Position numbers and translations under genes: made by a program. This document shows, piece after piece, positions 1-8,285 of a stretch of DNA of 64,000 nt. The stretch comes from a virus. The stretch spans positions 1-64,000 of the IMG/VR virus record IMGVR_UViG_3300048915_000089; one strand, written 5' to 3'. Position 1 is the first letter of the stretch. Each line of letters starts with the position of its first letter. The notes below the pieces were generated by a model. The model worked only from the letters and a program-made list of their open reading frames with translations. It searched no databases and was not told the DNA's origin.

Positions 1-1
1 A

Positions 2-496
2 AAGAAGCACCCTGACTTTTCCAGCGTGTTTACGTCGCAACTCAAAGCGACTGCAGAGCAGCGCAACATGACGCTCGCGCAGATCGCGGCGGCTGCATTG
101 AACTTCCACACGTTCGATGCTGCAGCGCCGCCGCTGAGCGACAAGGGCGTCGCCGCTCTCTGCAATGCGCTCAATCCGAAAGCCATGAATGCCGCGATCC
201 TCGACGCATTCGACGCCAAGGATTATTTCGAGAGCGTATCAAGCGAGATGCTGAAGCGCGCGATCAGCGAAGCCGGCTATTCCGAAGATCAGGCGAAGAC
301 GGCGCAAAAGACAAAGGGCGATCTCGCCAAGTTCGCGATTGCGAACGTGCCGAAGACTAGCTGGCTTCCGGTTCAGCTTCGGCTCGCTTCGTATGCGGGG
401 CCAAAGGCAGCGGCCGTAAAACCCGCGTCGAAGAAAAAGCCTGCGGACAAGCCGAAGAAGTCCGCTAAGAAGAAGGCGACCAAAAAGAAGAAGTGA
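2..496 (+). CDS. C-terminal part of a ParB/KorB-like DNA-binding protein with Lys-rich tail (5' end outside window)
   Basis: Frame is open from the window edge (no stop before 26). The segment ...KTSWLPVQLR... followed by the tail KKKPADKPKKSAKKKATKKKK resembles C-termini of large ParB-family proteins of plasmids/ICEs/phages (recollection, not searched). Confidence 0.5.
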   Translation, partial: KKHPDFSSVFTSQLKATAEQRNMTLAQIAAAALNFHTFDAAAPPLSDKGVAALCNALNPKAMNAAILDAFDAKDYFESVSSEMLKRAISEAGYSEDQAKTAQKTKGDLAKFAIANVPKTSWLPVQLRLASYAGPKAAAVKPASKKKPADKPKKSAKKKATKKKK

Positions 497-528
497 GCTT
501 GCGGGCCGATTCACGCTACTGGCCCCAC

Positions 529-578
529 GGTGCGGCGCATCCTGAAGCACGCCGGTGCAAGCGCCGCACCGATTTTTA
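529..578 (+). terminator. Putative rho-independent terminator
   Basis: GGTGCGGCGC (529-538) pairs with GCGCCGCACC (561-570), followed by GATTTTTA, just after the stop at 494-496. Confidence 0.45.
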
Positions 579-599
579 ATCCGATGAAGGAAAGACATC

Positions 600-1217
600 A
601 TGGCCAAACTCGACACTTCGATCAAAGCGTTTCCGCTTTCATGGCCGGACAATTGGCCGCGCACAGCGCCGGCCGATCGGCTCGGGCATTCCGCGTACAA
701 AGTGAGCGCGAACAAAGCGCGTGCTCAATTAGTCGACGAGCTCCGCAAGCTTGGCGCGGAAGACGTGATTATCTCGTCGAATGCCGAAGTGCGGCCGGAC
801 GGCATGCCGTATGCGAACGCGGCGCGGCGCGCTGAGAAAGACCCCGGAGTCGCGGTCTTCTTCACGATGGACGGCAAGCCGAATTCAATGGCGCGCGATG
901 CATACGTGCGACTCGATGACAATCTGCGGATGCTCGGCCTGGCATTGAAAGACATGCGATCGCTGAGGCTGCACGGCGGCGACTTTATGATGCGCGCTGC
1001 CTTCAGCGGCTTCGCCGCACTGCCGCCACCGCCGACGTGCTGGCAAGTGTTGGGCATTGCTCCGCTGAAGCGAGACGACAGCGAAGCGCGCAACAAGATC
1101 ATAGCCGCGCACCGCGAGCTCTACCGATCGGCGAGCGCCAGTCAGAACGGCGAGCATCTGCAAGCGCAATTGAACGCCGCGCGCGACGAGGCTTTGAATT
1201 TGATAGGTGAAGCGTGA
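600..1217 (+). CDS. Phage protein with C-terminal degenerate J-domain-like segment
   Basis: RBS AAGGAAAGA lies 4 nt upstream. The N-terminus FPLSWPDNWPRT... is typical of a widespread prophage family. The C-terminus WQVLGIAP...IIAAHRELYRS...LNAARDEA is J-domain-like but lacks HPD. Confidence 0.6.
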   Translation: MAKLDTSIKAFPLSWPDNWPRTAPADRLGHSAYKVSANKARAQLVDELRKLGAEDVIISSNAEVRPDGMPYANAARRAEKDPGVAVFFTMDGKPNSMARDAYVRLDDNLRMLGLALKDMRSLRLHGGDFMMRAAFSGFAALPPPPTCWQVLGIAPLKRDDSEARNKIIAAHRELYRSASASQNGEHLQAQLNAARDEALNLIGEA

Positions 1218-1633
1218 GAGCTTTACCCATTGCCGCTTTAATCGCCGCGCTCGTCACCGTCTCTTACGATCAGCGTGTCGAGATCATGTTTGATCCGGCA
1301 CGCGACGGGCCGATCAGACTACCAGCCCGCGAGCGCAAAACTGGCATGGACCTGATTAACGATGTCAATGCCAAAACTGCCAGCGTCTCAGAGTCGACGA
1401 TCATTGGGCGCGGCGGGCCATTTACGACGGAGCAGTTTCTTCGCGACCTGGAAGCTGCGGGCGCCGGCTTGCCGCGCGTGCAAAAGTCCGGCTCAGAGAA
1501 GCGCACATATACAAGCGCCGCCCCGCCACCATCGCCGGCGGTCGGCATGTTTTGGTGCGACACGACAATCAATATGCTGAGGCTGTACGACGGCAAGACG
1601 TGGTCGGACCCAAGCGGAGCAAGATGCAATTAG
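1214..1633 (+). CDS. Membrane-anchored protein ending in a tail-fibre N-terminal-type motif
   Basis: GTGA overlap with the upstream stop. N-terminal hydrophobic helix MRALPIAALIAALVTV. The C-terminus PPPSPAVGMFWCDTTINMLRLYDGKTWSDP matches the motif in fibre ORFs 8286-9563 and 6044-8272. Confidence 0.55.
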   Translation: MRALPIAALIAALVTVSYDQRVEIMFDPARDGPIRLPARERKTGMDLINDVNAKTASVSESTIIGRGGPFTTEQFLRDLEAAGAGLPRVQKSGSEKRTYTSAAPPPSPAVGMFWCDTTINMLRLYDGKTWSDPSGARCN

Positions 1634-1759
1634 AGAACGGCTGTCGCGCGCGCTGGCTTTCCTCCATCGTTGCACGACACGCCGGGGGCGAAGTGAACGG
1701 CACCGTCACTGTCGCGCTTCGCCCCACAAAATTTTCGGATCAGGAAAGGATCTGAAGCG

Positions 1760-2050
1760 GTGCCATACGAGAGCAAGCGACAATTTCACCAGCGCGCATT
1801 TCTTCGAAGCATAGCGATCGCCAGGCCGGAGCTTCGCCAGCAACCGAAATATGTCGAAGTGTCGCAACGATTGCCGGACAACGGCCGCGAATGTGAAGCG
1901 TGGGCTTGTGATTCGAGCGGCGTCTACCGGATACCCTTCAAGGTGATCTTCAAAGACGGCGCTTGGATTAACGCGAAGCATCAGAGCAAGATCGAAGCTC
2001 GCGTCGTCGGATGGAATTACATAACGCAAGATCAGGGAGAGACAGCATGA
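1760..2050 (+). CDS. Hypothetical protein
   Basis: GTG start preceded by AGGAAAGGA. ATGA overlap with the next ORF. No recognisable domain. Confidence 0.45.
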   Translation: MPYESKRQFHQRAFLRSIAIARPELRQQPKYVEVSQRLPDNGRECEAWACDSSGVYRIPFKVIFKDGAWINAKHQSKIEARVVGWNYITQDQGETA

Positions 2051-2313
2051 CCAGCGGCGACAGAAGCGGCGGACTCGACGAGCGGGATTTTTACTTTCAC
2101 GATCTCAGCGTCGGCTGGACGTACTTTCATTGCGGCGAGACTTTTCATTCCGTGGCTACCGCGACGCAACACTTCGGCGCGAAGCCGGATGCTGAGCCTG
2201 GCTGTCTACTGAGAGTCAAACGTCCCGAGCTCAGCATGCTGTACGCGCTGCGCGTAGCGGAGCAAGATCGCGACGAAGCGCTTGTGCGGCTCGCCGCGTG
2301 CGCCTTGGCCTAA
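2047..2313 (+). CDS. Hypothetical protein with CxxxxH...H zinc-finger-like segment
   Basis: ATG at 2047 overlaps the upstream stop (ATGA). Contains YFHCGETFHSVATATQHFG. Confidence 0.5.
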   Translation: MTSGDRSGGLDERDFYFHDLSVGWTYFHCGETFHSVATATQHFGAKPDAEPGCLLRVKRPELSMLYALRVAEQDRDEALVRLAACALA

Positions 2314-2657
2314 GCACTGAAGACGAAGAGGAATCTGTCGCAAGATACCGCGCACAGCGCGACATCATGTTTGCCGGACTGAAGGGCCTTTCGACGGCCG
2401 AAGCATTCAAGCCGTTCGCCGACTACATGGCCGGAGGCAGCTTTAGTGCTCTGCCGGACGGCATGCCGCTCACGCCCGGCTCGCCGATGGCCAGGCGACA
2501 GATCACGATCGGCGATCTGCGCAAGCTTGCGGCGTCGATCGAAGCCGCTCCGGCCGGCTTCGTCTCAGTGGAACTTTTGAACTTGGAACGCGGCATATCC
2601 GATCGATTGAGGACGGAACTCGCGGAACTTCGCCGGAGCATGGCACAGACGCCGTAG
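2298..2657 (+). CDS. Hypothetical protein
   Basis: GTG start overlapping the end of the previous ORF. Last gene of the plus block, followed by a terminator hairpin. Confidence 0.45.
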   Translation: MRLGLSTEDEEESVARYRAQRDIMFAGLKGLSTAEAFKPFADYMAGGSFSALPDGMPLTPGSPMARRQITIGDLRKLAASIEAAPAGFVSVELLNLERGISDRLRTELAELRRSMAQTP

Positions 2658-2666
2658 CGCGGCCGT

Positions 2667-2700
2667 ACAGCGTGCGCTGGCCGCGCACGCTGTCTTTGTG
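2667..2700 (+). terminator. Rho-independent terminator of the left plus-strand block
   Basis: Perfect 11-bp inverted repeat ACAGCGTGCGC (2667-2677) / GCGCACGCTGT (2683-2693), 5-nt loop, then CTTTGTG. Confidence 0.55.
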
Positions 2701-2771
2701 CCGGGGCTGGCGAATAGCACGCCCTGGCCCTGTCTGGCGCGATCTGAGCAGCCAAAAAATGAGGGGAAAGG

Positions 2772-2803
2772 GGACCCGCCTGCCGGATGCAACAGGCGGG
2801 CCC
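2772..2803 (-). terminator. Putative terminator of the late (minus) operon
   Basis: CCCGCCTG (2775-2782) pairs with CAGGCGGG (2793-2800), extendable to GGG/CCC with one bulge. On the minus strand it is followed by a T-rich tract (...CATTTTTTGG). Confidence 0.45.
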
Positions 2804-2877
2804 AAGTCTAGGGAGGAAACGCCCAAGGAGGGCAGCGATAGCGCAAGGCGCTACCGCACAGCGGAACTCTTACCATC

Positions 2878-3300
2878 TCAACTCAGAGAGAGCAACGTCA
2901 GAGTCGTGAGGGCGACAGTCATAACGATCGTCACGGCCGTTGCCAGGAGCCAAGGTGTGTTGCCGTCGTTTGGGTATGTCAAAGCGCGAATCTTGCACAA
3001 CAGCCCGATCGTAATCAGCAGCCCGCCGGCTATCAGTCCGGCCGCTTGCGCAGAGTTGAAATCGCCTTCTCCGAAGAAACGCCAGGCCCATGTGATGACT
3101 GATCGTGCGAATAAGCCGATGTCGCAAATGAACATCGCCAGTATCAAGTCCATGTGCGGCGGAAGGTGAAACCAGTCGAGCGGGCTTAGGCCGTACTCTC
3201 GCGACGTTCGCATGAGATACCGCGTCAAGATCAGAAGAAGCAACAACTCCGGAGTGATCGCTGAGCCGTTCAAAACTTCCAGCAAAATGTTGGAGCTCAT
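2878..3300 (-). CDS. Multi-pass membrane protein (distal accessory 'moron' candidate)
   Basis: Several hydrophobic helices (LLLLLILT, ILAMFICDIGLF, LIAGGLLITIGLL, LLATAVTIVMTVALTTLTLL). Last gene of the late operon. Visibly more A/T at third codon positions than neighbouring genes. Confidence 0.6.
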   Translation of the reverse strand: MSSNILLEVLNGSAITPELLLLLILTRYLMRTSREYGLSPLDWFHLPPHMDLILAMFICDIGLFARSVITWAWRFFGEGDFNSAQAAGLIAGGLLITIGLLCKIRALTYPNDGNTPWLLATAVTIVMTVALTTLTLLSLS

Positions 3301-3572
3301 AATTTCTTCTTCTCGGGCGGAGCATGCGCTTCGGTATACCCGAGCAGCGGCGTCTTCATTTCAGTGACAGCTTCATGAACAGTCGCCACCAGCGGAATAT
3401 TATGGCGCTGCAGCCATAGCGTCGCTATCACCCCCCGCACAGCATCCGTTGAAGTCGAAAATTCTCGCATCTGATTCAGCAAATCACCGCTCTCATCCAT
3501 CGCGGCCGCATACGCGGAGCCGCCGCCCGATTCTGCTGAGCGACAAAGAAGACGGTTCAGAAAACCCATCAT
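3297..3572 (-). CDS. Hypothetical small protein, translationally coupled to the membrane protein
   Basis: ATGA overlap at 3297-3300 with the downstream ORF. No recognisable domain. Confidence 0.5.
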   Translation of the reverse strand: MMGFLNRLLCRSAESGGGSAYAAAMDESGDLLNQMREFSTSTDAVRGVIATLWLQRHNIPLVATVHEAVTEMKTPLLGYTEAHAPPEKKKL

Positions 3573-3781
3573 GTTTTACGCTCATTGAACAAGAAGGTTT
3601 TTAGCTCTGCCGCAATAACGATTACGCGCTCTGCCAAAGCTTCTACCTTTGCCGTCTCTGCCTTGAGATCAGCGATCAGGCGGTTGCGGTCCGCATTCAT
3701 CCAAAGCAGCGCGCCGAGCTCAAGGACAGCGGCGATCGCGCCGCCTTTCGCTACCATATCGAACCACCACTCGATCGGCAT
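3569..3781 (-). CDS. Small N-terminal-TM plus coiled-coil protein (i-spanin- or holin-like)
   Basis: Helix GGAIAAVLELGALLW followed by LIADLKAETAKVEALAERV. Lies in the lysis-gene neighbourhood. Confidence 0.5.
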   Translation of the reverse strand: MPIEWWFDMVAKGGAIAAVLELGALLWMNADRNRLIADLKAETAKVEALAERVIVIAAELKTFLFNERKT

Positions 3782-3865
3782 GCATGTTCTCCACGATCAC
3801 GGCCTCGCCAGCGTGTTCAATTTTGAACACACTGGCGATCACTTTTTCTGTCAGGCCGCGCACGC

Positions 3866-4204
3866 TTACTTCTTGCCAGCCGCCGCCATGTCTTCGGCGA
3901 GCGCTGCAGCAGCAGCTTCGTCGAATTCGGCGTCGAGGATCGCTTCGGCCTTTTCGAGCTCAGCGATTTGATCCGGCAACGCCGCGGGATCGGACTTCAG
4001 CGCCGTGATAACGTTCCCGATCATTGGCTTAAGGTCCTTGTAGGATGACGCGACGACGGGCGCCAAGGCAACAACAGCCTTGACGGCCATGCCGATCGCC
4101 GGCGACGAGCCTGCGATCTGCGGGAGGAATTGCTGCAGCAATCCGAGGATCGCTGGCGTGGCAGTAACAAGGCCGCTGCCCAGGGTGGCTAAAATTGCAT
4201 TCAT
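3866..4204 (-). CDS. Small membrane protein (holin candidate)
   Basis: Two hydrophobic segments and a charged C-terminus. ATGA-type coupling to the upstream lipoprotein gene. Confidence 0.5.
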   Translation of the reverse strand: MNAILATLGSGLVTATPAILGLLQQFLPQIAGSSPAIGMAVKAVVALAPVVASSYKDLKPMIGNVITALKSDPAALPDQIAELEKAEAILDAEFDEAAAAALAEDMAAAGKK

Positions 4205-4704
4205 CGGCTTGCTCCGGCCGGGACGGCCGCCCCCACGTTGTAAGTCGCGAAGATTTCCTTGATCGTCGCGACGGATGAAATGACGCCGTCATAAAGACCA
4301 CTCGGGCCAAGCTTGCCCGGATGCTTCTTGACGAAGTCGAGAGCCGCATTCCGTGCGGCGCGGCCTGACTTGATCGCGTTGATGATCGGAATCGTCGCGC
4401 GCGAGTCGCGGCACACCGGCCCGTTGCTGCCAGTGCAGCGCGGAAGCTTCAGATAGATTTTTGCCGTCGCCTGCACGGCATCGAAGCTGTTCGCTGCAAT
4501 GAGGATGATCTTCGGGTCGATCGTCGCGTCACTGACTTTCGCGGCGATACTTCCGGCTTGCGCAATAAGCCCGCCGCTATCCGCGACGAGCGACGCAGCC
4601 GCACCGATCCTCTCGCCGAACTCCCGCGCTGGCGCGCAGCCGGCGCTCGACGTGGCGACAATCGCCATGACGCACAGCGCCGCAATCCTGTTGATGATCT
4701 TCAT
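4201..4704 (-). CDS. Lipoprotein (possible o-spanin-like or accessory)
   Basis: Signal peptide with lipobox MKIINRIAALCVMAIVATSSAGC. Located directly downstream of the endolysin. Confidence 0.6.
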   Translation of the reverse strand: MKIINRIAALCVMAIVATSSAGCAPAREFGERIGAAASLVADSGGLIAQAGSIAAKVSDATIDPKIILIAANSFDAVQATAKIYLKLPRCTGSNGPVCRDSRATIPIINAIKSGRAARNAALDFVKKHPGKLGPSGLYDGVISSVATIKEIFATYNVGAAVPAGASR

Positions 4705-4725
4705 TTCAGTTTTACCTCCTTGGCT

Positions 4726-5523
4726 TTAGGCCTCGCTGGCCATCACTGCGTTTGCAGTAGCGCCATGTTTAGGCCCGGTTGTGGGAATTGGGAAGTGAAT
4801 TCCCCACCTGACGGCGACGACGGCGCGGGACTTCGGTATCTTCGTGACGCAAATCGAGTCGGATTGATTGGCGCCACGGCAATAATAGTGCGTCTCGTCT
4901 TCACTCTCATAGGCTGTGACGTGATGGCCGCCCACTCGGCTGTAGACGAACACCGCGCCAGGCGTGCGCTGCGAAAGACTCATGTGCTGGCCGAAGTTCG
5001 CCCAATTGCCGGCACCCAGCAATCCGGCCGGCGGCTTCTCGCCGCCGCGAGTCGCGCAGATCCCCATACCCAATCCGCACCACGCGATCGAATCGTGCGT
5101 GTACCAAAGAACGTCAGGCCCGAGATCGGGATACTTGTTCGCGATCTCTCGCGGCCAAGCCAGGATTGCCGGGTTGTCGAGATTGCCGACGCCTTCGTGC
5201 AAGCCATTCATGGCGCGCATCTGCGAAAGCCACGGCGCGACTTTCAAGACGGACGGCAACGGCGCAACGATCGATTTGACGCTCTCCGGTATCGCATCGA
5301 GCGCAGCGGCCGTCTTCGGACCGATGAACCCGAGCGGCTGCAGGCCGTGATCCATCTGGAATTTTGTCACGGCTGTGACTGTGATCGTGAGGTAGTCACC
5401 ATCGGCTACAAGCTCGCGGCCGTCGCGCAACAAAGCTTGCTGCGCAATCATCACGGCCGGATTTTTTAACATGCCAAACTGAAGCGGGCCGTGCGCCTGG
5501 ACGTACTGCAGAAGACCGGACAT
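4726..5523 (-). CDS. Endolysin: PG_binding_1 domain plus TIGR02594-type (NlpC/P60-CHAP-like) hydrolase
   Basis: N-terminus AVTKFQMDHGLQPLGFIGPKTAAAL is a peptidoglycan-binding repeat. The C-terminus DSIAWCGLG...GAVFVYSRVGGHHVTAY...RGANQSD matches the TIGR02594 pattern. Confidence 0.75.
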   Translation of the reverse strand: MSGLLQYVQAHGPLQFGMLKNPAVMIAQQALLRDGRELVADGDYLTITVTAVTKFQMDHGLQPLGFIGPKTAAALDAIPESVKSIVAPLPSVLKVAPWLSQMRAMNGLHEGVGNLDNPAILAWPREIANKYPDLGPDVLWYTHDSIAWCGLGMGICATRGGEKPPAGLLGAGNWANFGQHMSLSQRTPGAVFVYSRVGGHHVTAYESEDETHYYCRGANQSDSICVTKIPKSRAVVAVRWGIHFPIPTTGPKHGATANAVMASEA

Positions 5524-5527
5524 AGGG

Positions 5528-5962
5528 CTAATCCTTCTTTGCTGGGACAGTCTCGCCTAAGAGCTCTGCCGCTCGAAAGGCGATAATCGGAGAATACATT
5601 TTCGCGATCTGCTTCTTGATCGTTGACACTTCTTCGGAGGTGAGTTGCGCGCCTGTGGACTTGTAGACGCTGAGCGCAAGCTGACCGCGCATCTGCGACG
5701 CCGTTTGATCGAGTCCCTGTTCGGGGAGATTGAGTGCGCGCTGCGCGATAAGGCCCAGGGTGTAAGCGACCTTTTTGAACTCGCGGCACTCTTTCCGGCC
5801 ATCGGCCATTGTCACAGTGTCAGTTGGGTCAACGCATTCCATGACGACGATCGGCTTGTCGTCGGGATCAAGAATCGGCTGGGTGAAATCGATCTTGCCG
5901 CCTGCTACGGCATAGGCCGGCGCGAGCAAGACAAGCGCAGCAATCAACAGAAACTTTTTCAT
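5528..5962 (-). CDS. Secreted/periplasmic hypothetical protein
   Basis: Start at MKKFLLIAALVLLAPAYAVA (Sec signal) with RBS GGAGAA. Lies between the fibre genes and the endolysin. Confidence 0.55.
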   Translation of the reverse strand: MKKFLLIAALVLLAPAYAVAGGKIDFTQPILDPDDKPIVVMECVDPTDTVTMADGRKECREFKKVAYTLGLIAQRALNLPEQGLDQTASQMRGQLALSVYKSTGAQLTSEEVSTIKKQIAKMYSPIIAFRAAELLGETVPAKKD

Positions 5963-6043
5963 CTTCAGGTTCTCCATTCAGGTTTGGATTTTAATGCTTA
6001 GTGCCCGCACCATATCCCATCACCGCCGCGCGATCCACGCGTT

Positions 6044-8272
6044 TTAGTTATACTGGCCGCCCGTCGACGTTGAGCCTGCAGCATTGCCGGGGAGGTAAGT
6101 CGTGCTTGCGCCACCAGTGTACAGCACGCCGTTGCCTGCCACCGTGTAGCGCGTGCCGGTAGCGCTTCCGGAGAAGGTGTTGGAGTCGACAAAGGCGACG
6201 CCGACATTGCTGATGTTGGCGAAGGCGCCAGAATAGGCCGGTGTACCAGTAAGGGTGATGGTGACGCCCTCTACGGCAATCGAACCTCCCGCGGAAGCGA
6301 ACCAATGCGTGGTAGCGCTCCCGCTGATCGAATAGCTTCCGGTGCCGGTTATGCTGGCCCCACCTGAAGCCTGCATCTGTCGGCTGCACGTTCCAAAGTC
6401 GACGCTATCGAAGAGAATAGAGCTAGCCGAGATGGCGACTAGGCAGCCCGCCCCCGCCCCGCCACCGCTGGCAACGAGTTGCACACCCCTCACCGTAAGA
6501 TTGCCACCAGCTTGTACTTTGACCTGCGAAGTCGCTGCCGTGGAAGTGGTGAGCACAACGCTTGTCGGTGTGCCCGTGTTGCCCAACACGGTTACTGTCC
6601 CCGAGCCGACCCAAGGTCCGGTCACCAACACCGTTCCCGTGTATGTGCCGTTAGCGATCTGGATGGTGACCGCAAAAGTTTGAATGTCGAGACCGGCCAC
6701 CGTATCGATGGCTTTCTGCACGGTGAGGAATGCGCCCCCCGCCGTGTTGGCCAGGCCGTTGTTCGAGTTCGATCCGTCAGTTCGAACGTAATAGGTGCGG
6801 TTGGCTGTCAGCTTTTCGCGATATACGGACGTGACGGCGGGGAAAGCCGAACTTATAAAATTCGTTCCGTCACCCAAAAGCAGATTGCCGCTCGGCGCGG
6901 CGTTGGCGACGCGAAACCCAACGCCAGCCGTGACAACTCCATTTGTCGGATCAACGACGCTGCCAACTGAAAAGCCGCCGCTTCCGAAGAATGCAAATTT
7001 TGGTGACGAACTCACCGAGGCGTCCGCAGTCGTCAAAACCTCGAGACGCGTTCCTGCGTTGCCGGTAGAGAACGCTTGATTGGCGACCATTTGAATGCCG
7101 GCGCCACCATTGTAAGACGACGTTGCTCCGGCATAGCCGAAGCCGAAAAAACCGCCGATGATATTTCCGGAGCTCAGCGCCGTCTTCGAGCCGATCGTGT
7201 TGTTCGCGCGGAAAATGTTGACGACAGGATTGCTCGCAAAGCCCTGCAGGTTCGCGCTGATCGGCCCACCGCTGTCGGCGCCGATCAGGCCCAAGCCGAC
7301 GTTGCCGAACGGGTCCGCGATTCCCGTCGCCGCGTTGGCGCTGTACACAAGACCGTACTGCGGATTGCTTTCGTTGCCGAAGCCGGCTTTCTGATTCTTG
7401 AACGTCCCGAAATTTACGAGATCGATCGTGTTGTCGTTGATGCCGTAAAAAGTGAAATAGTATCCATGATGGGTCGACGTCCACGCCTGGCTTGCGAAGC
7501 CGCCGATCGCGCCGCCTTGCTGCATTGTCGTCGAGCCGGCCGTATCGATGCCGACGCCAATGAGGCCCATCACCTGATCGTTCGCCGCCAAAGGCTGCGG
7601 CGACGCGAACGTGTTGTTCAATCGGCCGAACACCGCGACCGAGTCGGAATTGGCCGCAGTCCATTCGATTCGCGCCTCGCCATTGTCCGCGCCAGCGATG
7701 TGCAGCGACGTTGTGCCGGCGGCGACCCATGTCGTTGCGTTACGGCTTAACGTCAGTCGCGTGCTGGCCGGAAGGAACCTTGCCCAGCTTCCTGCGTAAA
7801 GCGGCGGCGTCGCAACTCCGCCCGAGATCAGGGGCTGTCCGGACGCAACGTCCGGAAGCTTTGCAAGCGTCGTCGCGCCACTGGCATAGAGCAGATCGCC
7901 AACCGTGTAAGACGAATTGCCAGTGCCGCCGTTAGCCACCGGGATCGAAAAGGTATGCGCCGATATATCAAGCGAGCCGATCGCAACCCAGCTTGTGCCG
8001 TCGTAAATACTCAGAACGTCGGTTGGCGAGCCCGACGTATTGAGCCACCACTGGCCGAAGGCCGCCGCGCCGCCTGGCCCGTTCGCTGGCGCGCTGGGTC
8101 CCCAGTTGTTCGTAAACGTCGATAGCAGCGCCGGATTCAGGTAAAGGCTGGTGAACGTCGACGCCGACATGGGTCCCGACGTTGGCGTTAAGATCGGGGA
8201 TTGATGCTGCGCGTTAGCCTGAGAAAATATCGACGCCAGTAGCGCCGCTGCGGCTAGGAACCTCTTCAACAT
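6044..8272 (-). CDS. Tail fibre / tailspike with C-terminal parallel beta-helix-like domain
   Basis: Start MLKRFLAAAALLASIF. N-terminal motif GQWWLNTSGSPTDVLSIYDGTSWV. Gly/Ser/Thr-rich. The C-terminal YYVRTDGSNSNNG...TVQKAIDTV is typical of beta-helix (pectate-lyase-like) domains. Confidence 0.7.
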   Translation of the reverse strand: MLKRFLAAAALLASIFSQANAQHQSPILTPTSGPMSASTFTSLYLNPALLSTFTNNWGPSAPANGPGGAAAFGQWWLNTSGSPTDVLSIYDGTSWVAIGSLDISAHTFSIPVANGGTGNSSYTVGDLLYASGATTLAKLPDVASGQPLISGGVATPPLYAGSWARFLPASTRLTLSRNATTWVAAGTTSLHIAGADNGEARIEWTAANSDSVAVFGRLNNTFASPQPLAANDQVMGLIGVGIDTAGSTTMQQGGAIGGFASQAWTSTHHGYYFTFYGINDNTIDLVNFGTFKNQKAGFGNESNPQYGLVYSANAATGIADPFGNVGLGLIGADSGGPISANLQGFASNPVVNIFRANNTIGSKTALSSGNIIGGFFGFGYAGATSSYNGGAGIQMVANQAFSTGNAGTRLEVLTTADASVSSSPKFAFFGSGGFSVGSVVDPTNGVVTAGVGFRVANAAPSGNLLLGDGTNFISSAFPAVTSVYREKLTANRTYYVRTDGSNSNNGLANTAGGAFLTVQKAIDTVAGLDIQTFAVTIQIANGTYTGTVLVTGPWVGSGTVTVLGNTGTPTSVVLTTSTAATSQVKVQAGGNLTVRGVQLVASGGGAGAGCLVAISASSILFDSVDFGTCSRQMQASGGASITGTGSYSISGSATTHWFASAGGSIAVEGVTITLTGTPAYSGAFANISNVGVAFVDSNTFSGSATGTRYTVAGNGVLYTGGASTTYLPGNAAGSTSTGGQYN

Positions 8273-8285
8273 AACTGATGATCCT

